Source of the DNA: Octopus sinensis
Taxonomy: Eukaryota
Length of the DNA stretch: 64,000 nt
Assembly (NCBI RefSeq): GCF_006345805.1
Contig: NC_043004.1
Span: forward strand, 868,001-932,000
Direction of reading: 5' to 3'
In this document: positions 39,989 through 52,985 of the stretch, piece after piece
How positions within the stretch are numbered: the first letter of the stretch is position 1
Layout of the letters: each line of letters begins with the position of its first letter
The notes under the pieces: generated by a model
The model's input: only the letters and a program-made list of their open reading frames with translations
Database searches by the model: none
Told to the model about the DNA's origin: nothing
Translations under genes and position numbers: made by a program

Positions 39989-40869
39989 ATATATAACTTA
40001 TAGTTAGATGACAAGGTTTTCGAGAGTTAAGTAAACCTTTTTTTATTTAAGTAATTTTAAGAAGTTTTATTGTATTGTATTCTATATAATACTGATTGTT
40101 AATTTGAATCTATAATTATTTGATGATAATTTAGATATGTATATATAGTTATTAGTTTATAATTATTATAACTGTACGTAAATTGTAAGATATTACTTAG
40201 TCACCGTAGTATATAGATCGTAAAATAGTTATACGGTTCTTTTAAGATAAGTTATACGTTTTTAATTTGATTTTTAATCTTTTATTTTTTAATTGTATTT
40301 CATAAATATATTCTATTGATATTTATAATATTTATGTAAGTAATAATGGACTAATTAATTAATTTATTTTCGTTATATGTCTATATATTTATTGATAGTG
40401 AAAATTTTAGATTTTTAATTACTATATTTGTTGATTATAATTTAGATACTTATTTTTATGTATTTATTATTTTATAATTATTAGATGTGAACTAAAATCT
40501 AAAAATATGAATAGTGATTATTTTGTTAAATAATTTGGTAATTGAATATTGGAGTATAACTGAGTTAAAGATATTCGAAAGTTTATTATATTTTTTAAAG
40601 CCAAATTATACCTTCAAAGATAAATACATATTTTTATCTATGTTTTTACCTTAAAAATTAAATATTTAACATAATAAATGTGTTGTAGGAAATAATCCTA
40701 ATGTTTTAAGTTTCTAATTTAGTTAATGGAGTTTTTTCTATAAGAAAGATGATTATTTTATTTATTTCTTAAATAAATATTGTTTAACTCTATTTGCCTA
40801 TTTACTTAACTATTATCATTAACCTGAAAATTGACTATAATTTTAATTCGAATATATTTCAATTGAATT

Positions 40870-41125
40870 TGTTATTGATGTGAAATCCTTGAAATACACC
40901 ACGACGTCTACAAACTTTTGAACTGTTCGTAAAAACTGTCCCTTTCGTTTTCACTTTATTTTTTTCATATTTTTCTCATATATCTCCTTGTTTTTTTCTG
41001 TGTATCTGTCTGTCGAAGAGCGTAGGCTCGAAACGTAAAAGACTTTTTCTATTCCTGAGCGCTATACTAATACATTTGTTTGTTTGTACTCCACCTGCCT
41101 TCGTTTTGTTTATTTTCGTAAACTT
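40870..41125 (+). mobile_element. PLE-terminus-like repeat (family with CTGTYGAAGAGCGTAGGCTCGAAACGTA); further copies at ~43620-43790 and ~50200-50370
   Basis: Three near-identical copies of the motif and of the downstream CCTGAGCG...CCACCTGCCTTCGTCTTTTG sequence. Confidence 0.7.
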
Positions 41126-41128
41126 TCC

Positions 41129-41181
<53 letters not shown>

Positions 41182-41864
41182 TATATATATAATATATATT
41201 ATTATGTATGTATATATATGTGTGTGTGTGTGTTGTCCCCCAACATCGCTTGACAACAGATGGTGGTGGGTTTAAGTCCCCATAACTTAGCGGTTCGGTA
41301 AAAGAGACCGATAGAATATTTGTGTTCGTGTAATATATATATTACACACGCACACTTCCAAGGCTTGCACATGAAATATCGATCGATAACTTTAGAGATC
41401 TGCCTTTCCTACCGATACTCAGGCCCCGATAGTCTTTTTCGTTAGAGAAATCCTTTGTTTTTTTCTTATGTTAACTTTGATAAGCTGTAATTGAAGAGTG
41501 CTCTACCCAAGGGAGAGCATAATAATGAATCATGGTTCTTTTGAAAAAGAAAAAGAAAGGAATCAATTTAGAATAAACCCATAAAAAACGAAATAAGATG
41601 CAATATATTTATTTCAATAGAAGTTTATAAGTTTATAAATCTGTTTCAGTCATTTTAATTCTGACAAAAATAATAATAAAGAAATTTGTATGTGATTGTA
41701 CACGCACATACACAAATATGAACACGCTGTCCTCCTCTGTTTCTCAATATGGAACTCCTGAAACAAATGTGCAAATATTCTGCTGAACACTCTCGGTACC
41801 AGCGCATCACGTGTGAGGATAAAATAGTTGAGTCCTGTGCACTCAACGAGCCGCTATTCGTAAT

Positions 41865-42312
41865 ACATACATACATACATACATACATACATACATACCT
41901 GCATACATACATCCATACATACATACAAACAAACATACATACCTACATACATGCACACATACACACATACATAATACATACATACACACATAAATACACA
42001 CATACACAGACACACATACATACATACATACATAATACATACATACACACATACACACACATACATACATACACACATACATAATACATACATACACACA
42101 TACATACACACATACACACATACATACATACATACATACATACACACATACATACATACATAATACATACATACACACATATGCACATACATACACACAT
42201 ACACACATACATAATACATACATACACACATATGCACATACATACATACATACACACATACACACATACATATTCATACATACACACACCTACATACATA
42301 CATACATACATG
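41865..42312. repeat. (CATA)/(CA) compound microsatellite
   Basis: Direct reading; similar tracts at 36310-36570, 52420-52980 and 63830-64000. Confidence 0.95.
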
Positions 42313-42320
42313 ACGATGGT

Positions 42321-42628
42321 CAGTGGCAGATTGGGTCTAAAAATATTGGTTGCTAAGTGACTAAGGGAACCCTCCCGCTACTACAAAGGGGCCCACCTGC
42401 AACTACAATGCTATCATTTAATTTTTTTGTTAAAAGTATTCTTTTCAACTGCTTACAAACACAGCCAGGCTGAAATAATTAATGCATTCTTCCAGGAGTG
42501 AATATAAACTCTCAAACTTGAGGGGATGGGTCCCTTAGATACTAACACGGGCCCCCATTTATAGATTGTAATGGCACAGGGGCCCACTTGCCGTCGGGTA
42601 AGCTGGCAACGAGGCCAGTCCGCTACTG
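42321..42628. mobile_element. hAT-type MITE
   Basis: TIRs CAGTGGCAGATTGG / CCAGTCCGCTACTG; 8-bp TSD ACGATGGT / ATGATGGT. Confidence 0.75.
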
Positions 42629-43036
42629 ATGATGGTGGTAGCCTCTCGTCATCCAAGAAAGACGGTCCTGCAATTTCTTGTTGGATAACCAGCACAAATG
42701 TTTTGTTTATAGAGATGAAATGCTTGTGCTGTCCATTAGCACACTCCCTCAATCAAACTGATGTTGCTTGAATAGGTGCACGGTGTACCACAGGTCAGAT
42801 ATTGAAGGGATTGCTGGGCAACAACGCCAGATGAAGTGACGTTCTCTAGATTACAACGCACCATCCAGTCTAGGAATTGAAACCACGATTTCGCGCTTGT
42901 TAGAACATCACTCTATCCCCAAGGATATGCACCCTCACATATCCGTGCATCCCACCCTCTCGCTAAACTCCATCCTTCCATCCACACAAGCATTCAGACA
43001 AACATACATACATATACACATGCATCTCTCTCTGTC

Positions 43037-43108
<72 letters not shown>

Positions 43109-43139
43109 CACCCATATTTCTTTGTCCATGTTGTGTGTA

Positions 43140-43306
43140 GAGTTTATGAATGAATGATTCAACAGGTAGAAAAGTCTAAGGGGAAGTTATCCTTATCATT
43201 GTGGATAGGTGGGATGAACAATTATCTCTCCTGTCAACAATAATAACGATAGCCAATTACCTCCCCTTATATTTTTCTATTTGTTGAATCATTCATTCAT
43301 ATACTC
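43140..43306. mobile_element. Small MITE / hairpin element
   Basis: GAGT(T/A)TATGAATGAATGATTCAACA...TAAGGGGA inverted ends. Confidence 0.7.
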
Positions 43307-43364
43307 AAAAAACAACGTGGGCAAAAAAATTTCTTTAGAAAATACGTATTTAAATACATTTTAA

Positions 43365-43397
43365 TGTCCTGATTAGTGAAAGCGAAACCGGTCGACA
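43365..43397 (+). ncRNA. Minimal hammerhead-like motif with a G8-to-U change
   Basis: TGTC-CTGATTA-GT(GAAA)GC-GAAA-CCG-GTC-GACA. Confidence 0.55.
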
Positions 43398-43794
43398 AAC
43401 ACAATATAAGATATATTAAAAATGAAGCTAAAACTACGATAAACACTTGATGTGATTCATATTATTTGTCCCTATATATGCAAATAACCACAATGATGAA
43501 ACGTACGAAATGCATGTGCATCTCGAAATTTCTACTCGAATGGACTTTCAGTTTTTCCTAAGGTTCCAATTACTGAGTTTAGATATCCAAGAGCTAGATT
43601 AACTCTACAATACCTCTTTATCTTTCCCTTTTATTCATTCTTTCTCCATTTTTTTTCTCACTTTTTACTTTCTGTCGAAAAGCGCAGGCTCGAAACGTAA
43701 AAGACTTTTCCACTTTTCCCGAGCGTCAAACTATTACACCTGCTTGTTGCTCCCACACCTGTCCTCGTCTTTTGTTTTTCTCTAAATTTGGACT

Positions 43795-44747
<953 letters not shown>

Positions 44748-46196
44748 TTGTATAGAGGCATTATTACACATAATGCCTCACACTAGGAGGGACAAAGTCA
44801 TTACTACCAAAATTATACTAATCATACCCAAATGCAGTTTTTCAAAGCAAGACATTTAAAAATGAATTTAGTTCTGTATCACCGTGATTTCACATTCAAC
44901 TTACGTCTAATGATCGTCAGCAGAACTGATTCTGAACACATCATAAATAAACTACCAACCTTACGTAGCGAAGACGAACAGACAACTGCTCACTCCGGCC
45001 AAGCACATGGAATGTTTATAAATCATATATCCGGTAAATGGCGGGCTTTTTACGAACTGCACGTCGGGTAATGAAAAGTATTTCGGAATAAGTTTAACAA
45101 TTAAGGATAATCTCTTAATAAGGGATCTTAACAAGAAATTATCGGGTAGCTAGCGTGAAAACCTCATAAAAGAAAAGAATTCGAAAATAATTTTTTTCTT
45201 TTGAACAAATTAATTATATCTATATTGTATAGAGGGTATTATTACACATAAATGCCTCACACTAGGAGGGACAAAGTCATTACTACCAAAATTATACTAA
45301 TCATACCCAAATGCAGTTTTTCAAAGCAAGACATTTAAAAAAATGAATTTAGTTCTGTATCACCGTGATTTCACATTCAACTTACGTCTAATGATCGTCA
45401 GCAGAACTGATTCTGAACACATCATAAATAAACTACCAACCTTACGTAGCGAAGACGAACAGACAACTGCTCACTCCGGCCAAGCACATGGAATGTTTAT
45501 AAATCATATATCCGGTAAATGGCGGGCTTTTTACGAACTGCATGTCGGGTAATGAAAAGTATTTCGGAATAAGTTTAACAATTAAGGATAATCTCTTAAT
45601 AAGGGATCTTAACAAGAAAATTATCGGGTAGCTAGCGTGAAAACCTCATAAAGAAAAAGATTCGAAAATAATTTTTTCCTTTTGAACAAATTAATTATAT
45701 CTATATTGTATAGAGGGCATTATTACTCCGAAATACTTTTCATTACCCGACATGCAGTTCGTAAAAAGCCCGCCATTTACCGGATATATGATTTATAAAC
45801 ATCCATGTGCTTGGCGGAGTGAGCAGTAGTCGTTCGTCTTCGCTACGTAAGGTTGGTAGTTTATTTATGATGTGTTCAGAATCAGTTCTGCTGACGATCA
45901 TTAGACGTAAGTTGAATGTGAAATCACGGTGATACAGAACTAAATTCATTTTTTTAAATGTCTTGCTTTGAAAACTGCATTTGGGTATGATTAGTATAAT
46001 TTTGGTAGTAATGACTTTGTCCCTCCTAGTGTGAGGCATTTATGTGTAATAATGCCCTCTATACAATATAGATATAATTAATTGTTCAAAAGAAAAAAAT
46101 TATTTTCGAATTCTTTTCTTTTATGAGGTTTTCACGCTAGCTACCCGATAATTCTTGTTAAGATCCCTTATTAAGAGATTATCCTTAATTGTTAAA
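44748..46196. mobile_element. ~480-bp hammerhead-containing unit: two direct copies plus one inverted, permuted copy (retrozyme/PLE-like array 1)
   Basis: Unit starts TTGTATAGAG at 44748, 45225 and 45706; inverted segment 45727-46196; type I HHR in each copy; flanked by (TA)n. Confidence 0.75.
45884..45941 (+). ncRNA. Type I hammerhead ribozyme motif (array 1); minus-strand copies at 44870-44927 and 45351-45408
   Basis: Stem I AGTTCTG/CAGAACT; core CTGACGA; stem II CATT-A-GAC-GTAA-GTT-G-AATG; GAAA; stem III ATCAC-G-GTGAT; AUA cleavage triplet. Confidence 0.75.
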
Positions 46197-46437
46197 AACA
46201 CAACACATATATATATATATATAATTATATATATATATATATATATATACGTATATATATATATATATATACGTAATATATACATATATTATATATGTAT
46301 ATATATATATACATATATATATTCTTTATAGAAACAAGGATAAAATCATGTAAATGATAATATCAAGTGGCCAGCATGCGATAAAACCTTGTGGTTAGAT
46401 TATACTAAAATTAATAACTATATATACAAATTATATC

Positions 46438-47129
46438 ATTATAGAAAGGGATTAGGAATACCCTTCTCCAACACGCTACTAAAAGATGCCAAAAACCGCT
46501 ATAAACCCACTTTTAGCTCCTGAAAAATAGGGGTTGTAAGCGAGGAAACGAAAAATAGAAAACTTCACAGTCAATTGAATGTTGGGTTCAATTCAGAGAT
46601 TAAAGCGGTAAAAATAGCTCATTTCTCATCTTCAGCACAATATTCAAAGGAACATAATCACAAATATTTATACATACCCATACGGATTAAAGGCGTACGA
46701 TCATGTACAAATATCCGCGCTTAATCGTCAAAATAAAGTCAAATTTTTTACTTCTTATTTCAGCCGCATGGTTTTTAAATATCTAAATAAAATATTTATG
46801 TTCCTGATCTAAATCGCATTGCTTTGAGCTATTTCGGTAAAAAAAAAAATGAAAAATAAAAACCGCGGCTGAAATGAAAAGTAAAAATTTGATTTTATTT
46901 TGGTGCATAAGCGCGGATATTTGCACATGATCGCGTGCCTTTGGTTCGTATGGGTATGTATAAATATGTGTGATTATGTTTCTTTGAATATTGTGTTGAA
47001 GATGATAAATAAGCTATTTACTCGCTTACAACCCGCATTCTTTTTAGGAGATAAAAGTGGTTTTATAGCACTTTTTGGTGTCTTCTTGTAACATGTTGGG
47101 GCAGGGTATTCCTGATCCTTTTATATAAT
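46438..47129. mobile_element. Diverged foldback element with ~300-bp TIRs
   Basis: ATTATA(G/T)AAAGG(G)AT(T/C)AGGAATACCC...TACATACCCATACG...GCGCTTA...CAGCCGC arms in inverted orientation; one arm has an extra ~70-bp block. Confidence 0.7.
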
Positions 47130-47426
47130 TATTTATTTACATATATAATTACTAATTTTATTAGTATTCACACACACATATATATATATGCATATATCCA
47201 TCTATCTATCTATATATATGTATATAAAGCTGTATGTATATATATATATAAACATATATATTACATATATATATACTTCTATCAATCTATATTTATATAT
47301 ATACATATACATATATACATGCATATATATTACACACATATATATGTGCATATATATACATATATATACATATTTATAAACGTACATACATTTATATGCA
47401 TATATAAACATATACATATTTATACC

Positions 47427-47472
<46 letters not shown>

Positions 47473-48095
47473 TATATATATATATATATCTTCTTAGGTG
47501 AAATAGCATGACTGGCACGGATGTGAAAGAAACAGACAGTTGGACATCGTGAAACTTTACATAGGCTGATAAAAATTTAAAAAGTGGTGTATGAATTTGC
47601 AAAAACATGTGAAAAAATGGCATAAGAACTTGTAGGTAGTGAATTGCACGCTGTGAAATTAGTAAGGAAAAGAAACTGACGTTTCAGGTGAACTCATTAT
47701 CAAAGTAGAGCGTAAAAAAGAAAAAGAAACAAGTTTTAAAAATTGCAATTTAAAGCCCGTATATATCTTTCGGTTACACGCCAAAGAATGTATACATACA
47801 AATATACATACATACATACATACATATATATATACATATTGTGAATTTATGGAAAGAAATCTCATAAAACTCAACAACTTAGTTATAAATGGGAGAAGCA
47901 AAGTTGTTAAAACATATAAGAGAATATTAATTCATGCAGACGATCGTTTCGTACAGAGATATAAACATAATGCAAATTCATGGTTGAACTGTATTAAATT
48001 AAATTGATTTAAATATAATCCTATATATATGGCGGTGCCCCAGCATGGCTACAGCTCGTGAGCTGAAACTAGATGAAGTGAACTGATATTTACAT

Positions 48096-48134
<39 letters not shown>

Positions 48135-48142
48135 AACATATA

Positions 48143-49671
48143 ATGAAGGGTGAAATTAATTAATTTGGAATAATTATCAATTACACCAAGTAGTCTTCGG
48201 CATGTAAAAGCCTCATTCGAGGAAAATTTAAGTAATACTAAGCAATAAAGGGTTTAGCAACGAATTGCCTTACCACAGACCGAATTAAGAAATAGCAGTC
48301 AAAGAGTTATAGCTATTTCTTCTACTGAAAAGGGAGATCTCAGTAAAAAACACAGCAATTGGAAGGCAGACACAAACAGGTAAGAGAGAATGAATTGACG
48401 GCAATCTATCATACAATTTTAAGTTATCTACGGACGCACGTTTCGAAATCAAGTTTTTAGGAAAGCATAAGAATTAAATATTAAATAATTCTACCTTACC
48501 CAAACTTCTTTTCTCTTCAGCGTAGAATACTATAATCATAAATGATTATATATTGAACTTTGAGATACTAGAAGGCACCAACTCAACTCAGTATCAGAGC
48601 GAGCTAGAATCCGCAACTAGTATCACCAAATTCAAAGTGTGAATGAAAGGATTGTGTCACCAGCCCCTTCCCACCCGCGTGTAGCCAAAACAAGATGCTA
48701 TGGTCATCTACTGAGATAAAATGTGGTTATCCGTAATAATGAAGGGTGAAATTAATTAATTTGGAATAATTATCAATTACACCAAGTAGTCTTCGGCATG
48801 TAAAAGAGTTATAGCTATTTCTTCTACTAAAAAGGGAGATCTCAGTAAAAAACACAGCAATGATTTCGAAACGTGCGTCCGTAGATAACTTAAAATGTAT
48901 GATGATTGCCGTCAATTCATTCTCTCTTACCTGTTTGTGTCTGCCTTCCAATTGCTGTGTTTTTTACTGAGATCTCCCTTTTTAGTAGAAGAAATAGCTA
49001 TAACTCTTTGACTGCTATTTCTAAATTCGGTCTGTGGTAAGGCAATTCGTTGCTAAACCCTTTTGCTTAGTATTACTTAAATTTTCCTCGAATGAGGCTT
49101 TTACATGCCGAAGACTACTTGGTGTAATTGATAATTATTCCAAAATTAATTAATTTCACCCTTCATTATTACGGATAACCACATTTAATCTCAGTAGATG
49201 ACCATAGCATCTTGTTTTGGCTACACGCGGGTGGGAAGGGGCTGGTGACACAATCCTTTCATTCACACTTTGAATTTGGTGATACTAGTTGCGGATTCTA
49301 GCTCGCTCTGATACTGAGTTGAGTTGGTGCCTCTAGTATCTCAAAGTTCAATATATAATCATTTATGATTATAGTATTCTACGCTGAAGAGAAAAGAAGT
49401 TTGGGTAAGGTTAGGTAGAATTATTTAATATTAATTCTTATGCTTTCCTAAAAACTTGATTTCGAAACGTGCGTCCGTAGATAATTTAAAATTGTATGAT
49501 AGATTGCCGTCAATTCTTCTCTCTTACCTGTTTGTGTCTGCCTTCCAATGCTGTGTTTTTTTACTGAGATCTCCCTTTTTAGTAGAAGAAATAGCTATAA
49601 CTCTTTGACTGCTATTTCTAAATTCGGTCTGTGGTAAGGCAATTCGTTGTTAAACCCTTTATTGCTTAGTA
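48143..49671. mobile_element. ~595-bp hammerhead-containing unit in a direct plus inverted array (retrozyme/PLE-like array 2)
   Basis: TAATGAAGGGTG at 48143 and 48737; inverted segment 48861-49671 with GATTTCGAAACG at 48862 and 49458; canonical HHR core; flanking TATATAAACATATA on both sides. Confidence 0.8.
49378..49481 (+). ncRNA. Type I hammerhead ribozyme motif with long stem II (array 2); minus-strand copy at 48427-48526
   Basis: Stem I TCTACG/CGTAGA; core CTGAAGA; stem II closed by GAAA/TTTC and extended ~70 nt; GAAA; short stem III; GUC triplet. Confidence 0.8.
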
Positions 49672-49827
49672 TATAAACATATATATATATACATATATAT
49701 ATACATATATACATACATACATATATATATATACATGTGTATATATATATATATATTATATATATATATATATAGATACATATACATACACTCACACACG
49801 CACACACACACACACACGCACACACAC

Positions 49828-49881
<54 letters not shown>

Positions 49882-50090
49882 GGTTCAAAATGGTTTGATT
49901 CAAACTCCTTGTTACTCCGAGTTTCAAAACTCGAATGCTAATCCTCAGCCGTCGCAAATTTCCAGCGGCTGAGAATTAGTATTTCAATTTGAAACTCGGA
50001 GTACCTAGGAGTTTGAATCAAACTGTTTTGATCCATACATTAACTACCAATGAATGCGTTGAGGGCCTTCCTGCATTTGTCTACTCACTC

Positions 50091-50146
<56 letters not shown>

Positions 50147-50420
50147 GTATGTATATATATGCATATGTATATATGTTGATTCGCTAACTTCTGCACGCAT
50201 TTTTTTCTCTCCTTCTTTCTCTCGTCGTGTTCTTTTCTGTGTAATTTTCTGTTGAAGAGCGTAGGCTCGAAACGTAAAAGACTTGTTTTATTGATATTCC
50301 TGAGCGCCATACTAATACAATTGTTTGTTTGTATTCCACCTGCCTTCGTCTTTTGTTTATTTTCATAAAACTTCCCGATATACATATGTATGTATATATA
50401 TATATATGTATATATATATG

Positions 50421-50475
<55 letters not shown>

Positions 50476-50478
50476 CAT

Positions 50479-50521
<43 letters not shown>

Positions 50522-51021
50522 CACACATATATGCATGTATGTGTATGAGAGTGTGAGTGTGTGTATGTATCTATGTATTTTGAATATTCACTTCTACCCG
50601 TTAAACCATCACTATTTCACCTAATCTTCATCGATGGTGTTAAATGGGCTTCTAAGCCTACATCCTTGCATATCAACGTCTAGGATAATCTGTAATTTGT
50701 ATCAGTGTAATCATGCTTTTCTTTTCCTGTGTTTTTCTCTATATATTTACTTGTATGCAAACTAATACATACACACACAAAATGCGCACGCACGCGTACA
50801 TACACACAGACATATATGTGGGGAAAATGAGCAGATAACACAGGAAAATAATCATAATATATGAAGCAATTAGATATTTGAATTCGAAATTAAGGAATCA
50901 GGAAAAGATACACAGAAGAAACACATATTTAATTTATTTTGGTCTGGGATCTTCTAGTTAGCCTTATTCATGTATAAGTGCACTATTTCATTCCTTTTAG
51001 AAATTGTGAGTATGACATAAC

Positions 51022-51066
<45 letters not shown>

Positions 51067-51309
51067 GAATCAAAAGAAGTGTAGGGATTATATTTTTTCA
51101 TATAATAATAATAATAATAATATTAATAATAATAATAATGATATAATATTATGTTAATAAATTAATATATGTCAATTGAAACTCTCCATTTTCTACACAA
51201 ACATTTGATCACTATAAACAAATCATGTGTGTGGTTGTTCGGTAAGAAATTGTCGAACCGTCATACGTCGTCTAACGACGGGAGAGTTATTATATGCTCT
51301 TTTTTCTAT

Positions 51310-51512
51310 TTTTACTCTTTTACTTGTTTCATTCATTTGACTAAAGACCATGTTGGAGCACCGCCTTTAGTCGAGGAAATCGACCCCAGGACTTATTCTT
51401 TGTAAGCCTAGTACTTATTCTATCGGTCTCTTTGCCGAACTGCTAGCTTACGGAGACGTAAACACACCAGCATTAGTTGTCAAGCGATGTTCTGGGAATA
51501 AAGACAGACTCA

Positions 51513-51549
<37 letters not shown>

Positions 51550-51732
51550 CCATATATATATACATATATACGACAGGCGTTTTTCCTTTTCCGTCTACCA
51601 AATCCACTCAAGGCTTTGGTCGGTCCGAGGCTATAGTAGAAGACACTTGGCCAAGGTGCCACGCAGTGGGACTGAACCCGGAACCATGTAGTTGGTAAGC
51701 AAGTTACTTACCACACTGCCACTCCTGTGCCT
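51310..51732 (-). mobile_element. SINE family 1 copy
   Basis: Full-length match; head lies 10 bp downstream of the 5S pseudogene on the same strand. Confidence 0.85.
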
Positions 51733-51742
51733 ATAATGAAAT

Positions 51743-51867
51743 GCTTACAGCACCTAGGTTTCCCAAGCGATCACCCATCTAAGTACTAACTAGGCTCGAC
51801 GTTGCTTAACTTCGGTGATCGGTGGTCGGACGAGAACCGGTGCTTTCAACGGGATATGGCCGTATTA
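51743..51867 (-). pseudogene. 5S rRNA pseudogene
   Basis: Reverse complement reads TACGGCCATATCCCGTTGAAAGCACCGGTTCTCGTCCGA(CCACCGA)TCACCGAAGTTAAGCAACGTCGAGCCTAGTTAGTACTTAGATGGGTGATCGCTTGGGAAACCTAGGTGCTGTAAGC; 7-nt internal duplication, altered 5' end, no T-run terminator. Confidence 0.9.
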
Positions 51868-52050
51868 TATAAATATAAAAATGTATGTATATATACTTAC
51901 AAAGATTCAGACGCTCTCTCACACATAACTCTGATAGCTCTATGTGATGTGCTTCGAGAACAATTATGCAAAAAGGCAAAAATAGTTTTATCGGAACTTC
52001 ACAAAATTCTTAAGACGTGATATATATATATATATTATATATATATATAT

Positions 52051-52084
<34 letters not shown>

Positions 52085-52191
52085 ATTATATATATATATA
52101 CATGTATGAAATGAGAATGAGAGAAAAAGAGAGAGAGAGAGACTGGGAAGAGAAAGTGGAGAGGAGAAGGGAGAGAGGGAGGAGAGAGGTT

Positions 52192-52232
<41 letters not shown>

Positions 52233-52922
52233 TTGAAAGTTGGGATTAATTAACAATCAAAAGTATTATTCAAATGTAAGGAGTTGTTATAACGTTTCGG
52301 ACATTTGCTTTTCTTCGAATATGTGTAGAGTGGAAAAAGAAGAGGTAAGGCGAAGAAAAACCGAAAAAATGTCACACTCGTGGTAAAAATGTGCACTTTG
52401 GTCTGATGTACGTGTTAATATGGCGATGTTTGTATGTTTGTATGTATGTCTGTATGTATGTGTGCACATGTGCGTGTGTATGTATGTAGTTATGTAATGT
52501 ATGTATGCATTTATGCATGTGTGCATATACTTATGTATGCATGTATATATGTTTGCATGTATGACTGTATGTATGTGTGCGCGTGTGTGTATGTATGTAT
52601 GTATGCATTTATGCATATGTGCATGTACTTAGGTATGTATTTCTGTATGTATGTACGTGTGTATATATATGTATGTATGTGTATGTATGAATCTATATGT
52701 GTGTGTATGTATGTACGGATGTATGTATGTATGTATGTATGTATGTATGTGTGTGTGTGTCTATAGGTATGTAAGTATGTATGTATGTATGAGTGTATGA
52801 TGTATATATGTATGTATGTTCTTGTGTGTATATATATGTATGTGTATGTATGAATCTATATGTGTGTGTATGTATGTACGTATGCATGTATGTATGTATG
52901 TATGTATGTATTTGTATGTATG

Positions 52923-52956
<34 letters not shown>

Positions 52957-52985
52957 TGTATGTATGTATGTATGTGTGTGTGCCT

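Noticed and set aside
39990-40870. Possible mitochondrial insertion (NUMT)
   Set aside because: AT-rich and skewed, but no mitochondrial gene, rRNA or tRNA motif recognised in the frames read
43488-43520. Second hammerhead-like string ATGATGA...GAAATGCATG
   Set aside because: C3 is missing, there is no valid stem II, and the triplet would end in G
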